DNA from: Candidatus Firestoneibacteriota bacterium
GTDB taxonomy: Bacteria > Oederibacteriota > JAAXVQ01 > JAUVAV01
Direction: 5' to 3'
DNA length: 33,106 nt
NCBI GenBank assembly: GCA_030635415.1
Contig: DAOVYW010000002.1
Span: forward strand, 1-33,106
The position numbers and the translations under genes are program-made. The notes beneath the pieces are model-generated. The model saw only the letters and a list, made by a program, of their open reading frames with translations, had not been told where the DNA came from and did not search any database. This document shows positions 1-7,395 of the stretch, one piece after another (the stretch's first letter is position 1; every line of letters begins with the position of its first letter).

Positions 1-159
1 GAAGAAAAAATAAGTTGATAGGGGAGAACTATCCCGACAGCCTACGAGAAGGGTGTTTTTAATCCAAAGTTGCAGCCGGCTGCGAGAAACTCCTTGCTTG
101 ACACCAGGTTAGCTTTTTTATCGGTCTAAATACAGCCTAAACCGCCCCGTTTTTAATCA

Positions 160-189
160 TTGACACCCTATTTCGGATTTTGTTAAACT
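160..189 (+). promoter_or_regulatory. candidate sigma70-type promoter upstream of the beta-helix gene
   Basis: TTGACA at 160-165, 18-nt spacer, TAAACT at 184-189. It would give a ~260-nt leader before the ATG at 450. Motif match only. Confidence 0.3.
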
Positions 190-329
190 TTTCTTGGAAA
201 CCAAGTACCTATTGCGCCGCAGATAAGCTGTATAAATGATGAAGGCGGGCCCTTCGGAGCCGGTATGCAGGTACAGGCTTCAAACCACCTTATGCTGCTG
301 TAGTCAAAAGTTCTACGAGCGTCTAAAGG

Positions 330-358
330 GGAAGTTCCTTTGGTCGACTCACCTCATC
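330..358 (+). repeat. 29-nt conserved box, copy A (GGAAGTTCCTTTGGTCGACTCACCTCATC)
   Basis: Matches 3871-3899 at 28 of 29 positions in the same orientation. It lies ~90 nt upstream of the ATG at 450. The repeat is certain; its function is unknown. Confidence 0.9.
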
Positions 359-449
359 CGGGAGCCTCAACGCCACGGATGTTCAAGAGGTGGTTGACGC
401 GGGGTTGAACTGATAAAATAGCGTTAAAAAGAGAAAGGCGAATTACAAG

Positions 450-3269
450 ATGATGAGAAGATTGGGAATGTTTTTGATGTGGACAGGATTGTTTCTGTTT
501 GTATCCATAAATTCAGTCCCGGCAGATGTTTATTATGTGGATGCCACTGGTGGGACTGATGCTGCTTCAGGTTTGAGTGACCAAGAGGCATGGGGAACGA
601 TTACTAAGGTGAATAGTTTTAACTTCCAGCCAGGAAATTCAATCCTTTTCAAAAGAGGAGAAACATGGCGCGAGCAGATAACTGTTTCGAGTTCTGGTAC
701 AAAAGAAAATCCGATAACATATAGTAGTTATGGAACCGGCCCAAAACCAGTAATCAATCTGGCTGAAACTATAACCGGCTGGAGTGTCCACAGTGGAAAT
801 ATTTATGTGGCAAATGTTGATTATAATGTTTACCAGGTTTTTCTGGATGGTGAATTCATGACACTGGCGCATCATCCAAATAATGGATATTTAACGGTAG
901 ATGGAGACACCCCCCCATTAGAGAGAAATTATCTTATAGACAATGATTTGGGTTTAAGCGAAAGTCAGGTTGTTGGGGCGGACATATTCCTTTTGGGTAG
1001 AGCGTGGAGAGTGGATGAAACCAGGGTTATTGATTACACAGGGAATAAGATAACCTTTGAAGGGTGGGAACATTGCTGCACAAATTATGCGATGGCGAGT
1101 GGCAAGAAGTACTATCTGGCAAATAAGCTCTGGATGCTGGATAAAGCAGGAGAATGGTATTATGATGATTCTTCAAATAAACTCTATGTCTGGATGCCTG
1201 ACAGTTCGCATCCATCAAGCCACAAAATTGAGGGGAGCAAGCACCTATATGGATTCTATGTAAATAATAAAGAGAATATTGTTATTGATAATCTGGAAAT
1301 ACATAACCCAGTGCATTCCGGAGTATTTCTTAAGAATTCCAACAAATTCACTGTTTCAAATACTGACATTATAAATTCAGGGACAATGAAGTATTATGAT
1401 TTTTGGGAAGAAACAGGAAATGGGATAGTTGTTCTTAAAACTGAAAGTGCTTCTTTGGGTGATGGAGATGGTTTTATCCTCAACAATAAAATAAAAAACA
1501 CAATCCATCGCGGAATCCACAATAAAGGGTTTGCCGGACTTTTAATAGAAAATAATTTAGTGGAAAATGTCGGCATGATAGGTTCAGATGTCTATAGCCC
1601 AAAGCGGAGTACTGGTATACTCGTAAATTCCCCTAATATTGTAATAAAAGGAAATATTATTAAGGATATAGGTTATAGTGGAATACATTTCAGTCAAAAA
1701 AACACCCTAATTGAAAATAATTATATAACCAACACCATGCAGGTCCTGGATGACGGCGGAGGGATATATTGCGGTTTTAAAAATACAGGTGGAAGTAGAA
1801 TTATTGGAAACGTGGTTACAAATACCGGTAAAACCGGAACAAGAATTGGCATTTATCTGGATGACGGAAACACTAATGTCCAGGTTTTGAACAACACCTG
1901 TTCATTTGCCACCATAGGTATTTTCATACACAATGGGCAATATGACACTCTACGCGGGAACAAAATATATGATGTAAACACAGGAATAACAATAAAAGAG
2001 GACATGATTCTTAACGAGCCAGGGTATATTGTGGGCAATGTTATAGAGAATAACACTTTTTTCCTGTTAAACGAGGAGCAAGTTGTTTACAAATACGGCA
2101 ATTTGGGAAATTTGGATTTTGGCACATTTGATTACAATATTTATTCCAGCTTGTATCCTGAACATTTAATTAAAGAAACATATGGAGAAGATGGAATATG
2201 GAAATGGGGGAAATATTATGATTTGAATACCTGGCAAACCTCCCATGGACAAGACCAACATTCAAAATTTATCACTCAGCAAGGAAGCCCTGACCCTTAT
2301 GATAACTCCTTGTTTCTGGTAAACACCGGTCCCAATACAAAACAATTTGCATATAGTGATTACGCAGATGGTAAAAGCTGGACAGATATTGATGGAAATG
2401 CAATTTCCTGGCCTGTCACGCTTGCTGGATATAGTTCGAAGATTCTTTTATGGGATGGAGGGAGTTCTCCCACATCTTCAAATGACTTAATCGCCCACTA
2501 CACAATGGATTCTTCTGATATTTCAGGCAATACAATCTCCGACAAATCAGGAAATGGAGATGACGCCACTATTTATGGAGCTGTTTCAACAACCGGAAAG
2601 ATTAGCCAGGCATTGTATTTTAACGGAGTGAAAGACTATGTTGAAACAAATTATGTTAATCATCTACCACATTGGAGTGTAGGTGTTTGGGTAAAAGGCA
2701 ACAATCTTCCGGGAAGCGATAAGGAGGCCGGCCCGGTGATGAAGCAGGAGAATTTCTTAATCTCCTGGGATCATGAAAGCAGCAGCTTTAGAGAAGCAGC
2801 CGGCATTAGAGTGGGAGGAACATGGTATCCGGCCGGTTTTGGAACACTCAACGCCAATACATGGTGTCACTTAGCCGCAACTTATGACGGCGAGATACTT
2901 AAGGCATACAAGGATGGCAAACTAATAACCGGCAATCCTAATCCATCCGGAAATTCGGACAGCTCCAGCCACTCCGTGAAAATAGGCAGACATGCTGTCA
3001 ATGATTATTATTTCAACGGCGCAATAGATGAAGTCAGAATCTATAACTATGCTTTATCTGCGGATGAAGTATCAAAACTTTATGCCGGCGGTTCAACTCT
3101 CAAAGGCGACCTCACCGGCGACAACCAAATCGACATCCAGGACATCCAGGCCTGCGTCAATCATATCCTCGGGACGCAGGACTGGGGAAGCGCCGCTGAT
3201 GTGAATGGGGACGGGGCGGTAAACATATTGGATGTGCAGGGGATAGTGAAAATCATCCTGAATCCATAG
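450..3269 (+). CDS. secreted right-handed beta-helix (pectate-lyase-fold) protein with LamG-like domain and C-terminal dockerin-type repeat pair
   Basis: 939-aa ORF. The N-terminus has a signal-like hydrophobic segment (MMRRLGMFLMWTGLFLFVSINSVPA). Next comes YYVDATGG...W.TI...PGNSILFKRGETW, followed by many I/V-x-N-N/G-rich turns (NIVIDNLEIHN, NIVIKGNIIKDIG, RIIGNVVTNTG) typical of parallel beta-helix repeats. Residues ~680-880 resemble a LamG/concanavalin-type lectin fold (ends ...FNGAIDEVRIYNYALSADEV). Nt 3105-3266 encode two Ca-binding-type segments (GDLTGDNQIDIQDIQ and DVNGDGAVNILDVQ), i.e. a dockerin-like module. TAG stop. Confidence 0.85.
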   Translation: MMRRLGMFLMWTGLFLFVSINSVPADVYYVDATGGTDAASGLSDQEAWGTITKVNSFNFQPGNSILFKRGETWREQITVSSSGTKENPITYSSYGTGPKPVINLAETITGWSVHSGNIYVANVDYNVYQVFLDGEFMTLAHHPNNGYLTVDGDTPPLERNYLIDNDLGLSESQVVGADIFLLGRAWRVDETRVIDYTGNKITFEGWEHCCTNYAMASGKKYYLANKLWMLDKAGEWYYDDSSNKLYVWMPDSSHPSSHKIEGSKHLYGFYVNNKENIVIDNLEIHNPVHSGVFLKNSNKFTVSNTDIINSGTMKYYDFWEETGNGIVVLKTESASLGDGDGFILNNKIKNTIHRGIHNKGFAGLLIENNLVENVGMIGSDVYSPKRSTGILVNSPNIVIKGNIIKDIGYSGIHFSQKNTLIENNYITNTMQVLDDGGGIYCGFKNTGGSRIIGNVVTNTGKTGTRIGIYLDDGNTNVQVLNNTCSFATIGIFIHNGQYDTLRGNKIYDVNTGITIKEDMILNEPGYIVGNVIENNTFFLLNEEQVVYKYGNLGNLDFGTFDYNIYSSLYPEHLIKETYGEDGIWKWGKYYDLNTWQTSHGQDQHSKFITQQGSPDPYDNSLFLVNTGPNTKQFAYSDYADGKSWTDIDGNAISWPVTLAGYSSKILLWDGGSSPTSSNDLIAHYTMDSSDISGNTISDKSGNGDDATIYGAVSTTGKISQALYFNGVKDYVETNYVNHLPHWSVGVWVKGNNLPGSDKEAGPVMKQENFLISWDHESSSFREAAGIRVGGTWYPAGFGTLNANTWCHLAATYDGEILKAYKDGKLITGNPNPSGNSDSSSHSVKIGRHAVNDYYFNGAIDEVRIYNYALSADEVSKLYAGGSTLKGDLTGDNQIDIQDIQACVNHILGTQDWGSAADVNGDGAVNILDVQGIVKIILNP

Positions 3270-3362
3270 AGAAGGAAGTTAAAAAATAACCAGGCAAATA
3301 AAAAAAGACAGGTTTAGCGCAATAGGCAAAATAATCCTTTTAACAGTTTCGGGTGTGTTTTT

Positions 3363-3552
3363 GCTGCTTTTGTCCTCAATAATGCAAAATTGTCAGCCAG
3401 AACTAATGATGTGTTTATCCAGCATATAAGAGTAAGGATTTGGGGACACTTTAGATAATATTATTATCGGCCATTGCTCATTTAGCTGGGGCGTTGATGA
3501 GATCATGGAAATATACAATAATTCCGCTTCAGGCAGCGTTAGAGATGTATAA
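3363..3552 (+). pseudogene. frameshifted fragment of a PL1-type pectate-lyase-like gene
   Basis: Two adjacent frames read ...NDVFIQHIRVRIWGHFR* (to 3455) and GFGDTLDNIIIGHCSFSWGVDEIMEIYNNSASGSVRDV* (3436-3552). The I-x-H-I/L-R-x-R and (I/V)-I-x-H-C-S-x-S-W-x-x-D-E strings match motifs I recall from pectate lyases. There is no start codon, and the gene is truncated on both sides. Confidence 0.4.
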
Positions 3553-3734
3553 CGCAGCACATACCGGATAAAGGATTTCAGCTGGTGAGGTATTATGGCT
3601 GGTACAGCAACAAGCGGCGAGGAATGCGAGCTAAGCAACAAAGACAGGGAGTTGCTCGCGGATTGCAGAAAACCGAAATTGAGATTATAGACATATCGAG
3701 TTATCGGGCGCCGAAAGTTCCATCAAAAAAATGA
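3543..3734 (+). mobile_element. C-terminal remnant of an IS91-family (Y2/rolling-circle) transposase gene
   Basis: The frame opening after the TAG at 3540-3542 reads RCITQHIPDKGFQLVRYYGWYSNKRRGMRAKQQRQGVARGLQ...KVPSKK*. The H-I-P-x-K-x-F-x-x-V-R-Y-Y-G-x-x-S-N string is the conserved C-terminal block of IS91-type transposases as I recall it. Only ~63 codons remain and there is no start codon. Confidence 0.55.
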
Positions 3735-3870
3735 GTGTAGGTTCTCAAATTAAATTGATAAGATAACGCGTTATATTTTTAGGTTGAGACGAGTTTTCCA
3801 GACAAATCCGACTTTGTTTGAATATTGGAAAGTGTTTAAGGTGTGTTAATGGGAGCGGTGTGATTCGAGA

Positions 3871-3899
3871 GGAAGTTCCTTTGGTCGACTCACTTCATC
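3871..3899 (+). repeat. 29-nt conserved box, copy B (GGAAGTTCCTTTGGTCGACTCACTTCATC)
   Basis: Direct repeat of 330-358 with one C/T difference. Allowing two mismatches, the match extends 3 nt upstream (327-358 vs 3868-3899). It lies ~115 nt upstream of the ATG at 4014. Confidence 0.9.
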
Positions 3900-4013
3900 A
3901 TATTATGCTAATTTTCTGAGAAATAGTAAATCAATAAGGTCATAGATGCGCTTGAGATATGGTGATCATCAGCTAACTAAGGAAGAGGATTCAATCAAAA
4001 AGGAAAACAAATT

Positions 4014-4640
4014 ATGTCATACACCATAGATTTCCATTTTGGAGATGTATTAATGGGACATGAGCAGGCGCACAAGCAGGTGTACGTGGTTTGTTGCCGC
4101 GCTGGGCTTTCTTTCCTATCTTACTGTGACGAGCTTTATATCGATGAGAATGGAGAAGCCGATACCAAATTTCCTTCTGTTAAAGTGACATCGATTGAAA
4201 AAGCGACAGCAATTGCCCAAAACTGGATTGGAAGAGCCCATTACTATCGCTGGCAAACTTTATTGGATCTTGGGGTTTACGCATGGAAGGACAGAGTGAA
4301 TTGTGTAGTTCTTTGTGCAGACTATAGGGACTGGATGAATGTTATGAAAGATAAGGCCTTGGTCGTAAAGATTGGGGGTATAATATGCTCGGTATCAGAG
4401 GCGATAGGGTCGCCGTTTGGGTTCTTCCATGTGAACTCTAATTACATTCCTCTTAACAAATTGGCATTTATTGAGACGATGGCTTTAATTAGAAGCGGCT
4501 CACCCGAACCGCAACTGATGTGGGTTGCTGAGAGTTATCTTCCATACGCCGAACTGCTCACCGCTGCGGGAAATAATCGAACAATTATTCGTTCGCTCTC
4601 AGGCTACTCATTGGCACTGTCAGAAGAAGAATCGGACTAA
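4014..4640 (+). CDS. hypothetical protein (208 aa), no recognisable family
   Basis: Clean ORF with no competing frame. AAGGAA sits ~9 nt upstream of the ATG. I see no TM segment or catalytic motif that I can name. The DNA is AT-rich. Confidence 0.6.
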   Translation: MSYTIDFHFGDVLMGHEQAHKQVYVVCCRAGLSFLSYCDELYIDENGEADTKFPSVKVTSIEKATAIAQNWIGRAHYYRWQTLLDLGVYAWKDRVNCVVLCADYRDWMNVMKDKALVVKIGGIICSVSEAIGSPFGFFHVNSNYIPLNKLAFIETMALIRSGSPEPQLMWVAESYLPYAELLTAAGNNRTIIRSLSGYSLALSEEESD

Positions 4641-4870
4641 GGTCATCAGGCGGGCATCTGTGGGAGGGCAACAGGTCGCATCTTAATTAGTGTCTGGACG
4701 AAAACTCAAAACACCAAAGCCATGCTCTGGCCGGCGGTCCTGATTTATCAGTTGTTGAGTTACTTAAAAGGGTAGGGGATGTATTTTATATCACCGTTAG
4801 GATAAGTCCGACAGAATACCAACACCAATACGATTGCATTAGCAAAACAAGAAAATGGGAGAGTGCCTTT

Positions 4871-5455
4871 ATGTTTTATGTTATTAGAGCGGTATACGAT
4901 GAAACAAATGTGTATCTTGATAATAATGTCGCAAATTCTATTCCAAAGCAGTATCAACTTTTTGAGGGTGTGTCGCGCTTGGACGGCTGGTCTGAGGATG
5001 TTGCCTTTAAGTTCTCGATAAACAGACCGGAAGGTATGAACTTGACAGATTGCGTTGCGAATTCTGACCAATTGCTGATAATCAGCGATCGGTTCAGGGT
5101 GGTTCTGGAAGAATTTCAGGTTAAAGACATCGAGTATTTGCCAGTAAAGATAAAGGACCATAAAGGCAGAATGGCGAGTGAACACTACTGGATCGCAAAT
5201 TTCTTAGTTCTGACAGAGGCAGTGGATAGAGAACGTTCCATATTTGATGATAATCCGGGAAGTGAGGATGAAATCTTTGGTTTTGATAAGCTTGTTTTGC
5301 GCGAAGATATTCTAAAGTCCGGCCCGGTGATTTTTAGTTTGAAAGAAGAACCGATGACATTCATAGCAAGGCAGGATCTAGTGAGGCGGATTGAAGAAGC
5401 AGGCTTGGCCGGCGTGGAGTGTGTAGAGACGGATGATTTTAGAACTCTTGATTAA
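4871..5455 (+). CDS. Imm11/DUF1629-like protein (polymorphic-toxin immunity-type family), orphan
   Basis: 194-aa ORF with GGGAGAG ~8 nt upstream of the ATG. The overall pattern matches my recollection of the DUF1629/Imm11 family: ...LLIISDRFRVVLEEF...IEYLPVKI....G.....YWIANFL....AVDRERS......I..FDKLVL.........PVIFSLKEEP..FIARQDLVRRIEEAGLAGVEC. The family call needs an HMM search. Confidence 0.6.
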   Translation: MFYVIRAVYDETNVYLDNNVANSIPKQYQLFEGVSRLDGWSEDVAFKFSINRPEGMNLTDCVANSDQLLIISDRFRVVLEEFQVKDIEYLPVKIKDHKGRMASEHYWIANFLVLTEAVDRERSIFDDNPGSEDEIFGFDKLVLREDILKSGPVIFSLKEEPMTFIARQDLVRRIEEAGLAGVECVETDDFRTLD

Positions 5456-5510
5456 TGTAACTCCTGTGTATTAGGGGAGGTCTTCTGATAATCGAATAGG
5501 GATTTGTCCA

Positions 5511-5910
5511 ATGTCCCTTGCGCATGAGAAGACGGATTGGAGTGAAGAAGAGAAATGCCGTGCGGATGCGGCCCAGGCAGATTATGCGGCGAAGGCATCT
5601 CACAGAGAACGATCATTAAAAATAGGAAAAGATCATAAACTGGAAGACCATATCCGGGAGAAAATAAACCTCGAGAAATATTCACCGGATGCCATTATTG
5701 GGGAGATCAAAACTAAAGGGTTGGAATTTGAAGGGATGATATGTACCAGGACCCTGTAAAACTATTTAGCAAAAGGCGTGACAGATCCTGGGAGAAAGCG
5801 ACTTTGTAGAGCGGGCATTAAAAGCTGCAGAGGAAAATATCAAGAAAACGGAAAAACATAAAAAGCAAGGATGGAATATAGAACGACTGGTGAAAAAAGT
5901 CTGCGGAATA
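5511..5910 (+). pseudogene. IS30-family transposase remnant (linker region only; HTH and DDE domains missing)
   Basis: 5511-5759 reads ...RADAAQADYAAKASHRERSLKIGKDHKLEDHIREKINLEKYSPDAIIGEIKTKGLEFEGMICTRTL*NYL. This aligns by eye with the IS30 InsI segment YKAVDANNRANRMAKRPKP...LRKLVLEKLEMKWSPEQISGWL...ISPETIYKTLY. After a +1 frame change, 5785-5910 reads ...KHKKQGWNIERLVKKV, a weaker resemblance to the G-x-S-I-x-x-R-P block. The remnant is interrupted by a stop and a frameshift. Confidence 0.6.
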
Positions 5911-6146
5911 TAGCCTTCTTTGTTGGTCTCTTGATCGCGATACCTGTGACATACCTGGCATATGTTTATGTTTACAGGTTGTTAATGAAAGAGGTTGCGG
6001 CTCAGCCGGTGCCTGCGAAATTTGATCTTTCATTTAAATAATTTGGAAGATAAATTCCGAAATTCGTAATTTACCCTGCCAGTAAGCTCTTTTTTCTCTT
6101 TTTTAACTGTTCCAATCAATATGGATTCCAGGGTATGGGAAAGACC

Positions 6147-6176
6147 TTGACACTCCTGGAAATCCCATGCTAAAAT
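6147..6176 (+). promoter_or_regulatory. candidate sigma70-type promoter of recA
   Basis: TTGACA at 6147-6152, 18-nt spacer, TAAAAT at 6171-6176, ~100 nt upstream of the recA start. Confidence 0.5.
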
Positions 6177-6275
6177 TCCGCTTTAAATAAAATGCCTTGA
6201 TTTTAAGAATTTCTTACCTCCTTCTACCCTAATCTGAAAGAAAGGCATCTATTTCATTAAATGGAGGTTTATATT

Positions 6276-7355
6276 ATGGCAAATGAAAAATCCCGGGCCC
6301 TGGAATTGGCTATTTCCCAGATAGAAAAACAGTTTGGTAAGGGCATGATAATGAAATTCAGCGAGCGTCCGGTGGTTGATGTCAAGGCGATTTCGACCGG
6401 TTCGATCTCACTGGATACTGCCATCGGGGTGGGCGGAATTCCGCGTGGACGCATTATAGAACTTTTTGGTCCCGAATCATCGGGCAAGACCACTCTGGCT
6501 CAGCATGTTGTCGCGCAGACCCAGAAAGCGGGGGGGAATGCCGCTTTTATTGATGCCGAGCATGCCCTTGATCCGGAGTACGCCCGCAAGATCGGCGTGG
6601 ATATTGATAATTTACTCATCTCTCAGCCGGATTCCGGGGAGCAGGCGCTGGATATTGTCGAGACCCTGGTTCGTTCCGGGGCCCTGGATATGATTGTGAT
6701 TGACTCGGTTGCGGCTCTGGTTCCCCGGGCAGAGATTGAAGGGGAAATGGGAGATTCGCATATGGGACTCCAGGCCCGTTTGATGTCCCAGGCGCTGCGA
6801 AAATTAACCGCCATCAGCAGCCGGGCTGCCACTTCCATTATTTTTATTAATCAGCTCCGGGAAAAAATCGGCGTAATGTTCGGTAATCCGGAAGTCACGC
6901 CCGGCGGGCGGGCCCTTAAATTTTATTCCAGTCTGCGTCTGGATATTCGCCGGGTGGAAACCATAAAACAGGGACAGGAATCAATCGGCAACCGGGTGAA
7001 GGTCAAGGTGGTGAAAAATAAGGTGGCGCCGCCTTTCGGTCTGGCTACTTTTGACATTATGTTTGGGGAAGGCATTTCCAAAGAGGGTGACCTGATTGAT
7101 ATGGGCGTAGCCCATGAGATTGTGGAAAAATCCGGAGCTTGGTTCTCCTTTCAAGGCCAACGGATTGGCCAGGGAAGGGAAACGGTTAAGGCTTTTCTAA
7201 AAGGACACACTGAGACCGCGCAGGAGATAGAGAAGCTTATACGGGAAAAACTTATGCCGGTTTCGCAGCCGGAACCGGAGAACGGCAACCACGGGAAAGG
7301 GGCAAACCCGGATCCGGAAGTTGCCCAAACCATGCGAGCCGGACGAAGCAATTAA
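6276..7355 (+). CDS. recA: recombinase RecA
   Basis: Unmistakable RecA sequence: [16 protein letters not shown], Walker [10 protein letters not shown] (6468-6494), [54 protein letters not shown]. The ORF opens at 6261. However, GGAGG at 6264-6268 sits 7 nt before the ATG at 6276, and MANEK... is the usual RecA N-terminus, so 6276 is preferred. Confidence 0.97.
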   Translation: MANEKSRALELAISQIEKQFGKGMIMKFSERPVVDVKAISTGSISLDTAIGVGGIPRGRIIELFGPESSGKTTLAQHVVAQTQKAGGNAAFIDAEHALDPEYARKIGVDIDNLLISQPDSGEQALDIVETLVRSGALDMIVIDSVAALVPRAEIEGEMGDSHMGLQARLMSQALRKLTAISSRAATSIIFINQLREKIGVMFGNPEVTPGGRALKFYSSLRLDIRRVETIKQGQESIGNRVKVKVVKNKVAPPFGLATFDIMFGEGISKEGDLIDMGVAHEIVEKSGAWFSFQGQRIGQGRETVKAFLKGHTETAQEIEKLIREKLMPVSQPEPENGNHGKGANPDPEVAQTMRAGRSN

Positions 7356-7395
7356 TTCCGGATTAGACAATTATCAGCGAGGTTAGTCTTTTCAA

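Noticed and set aside
236-397. 53-codon ORF in the leader of the beta-helix gene that would translate the 29-nt box (..KGKFLWSTHLI..)
   Set aside because: In copy B the same frame is closed by a TGA just upstream and a TAA just downstream. The box is therefore not conserved as coding sequence.
3393-3641. 82-aa minus-strand ORF in the debris region
   Set aside because: It is antisense to the + strand lyase-like and IS91-like fragments, both of which have recognisable motifs. It has no motif of its own.
5818-6033. 71-aa minus-strand ORF downstream of the IS30 remnant
   Set aside because: The translation is nonsense-like, and it overlaps decayed IS30-derived sequence on the + strand.
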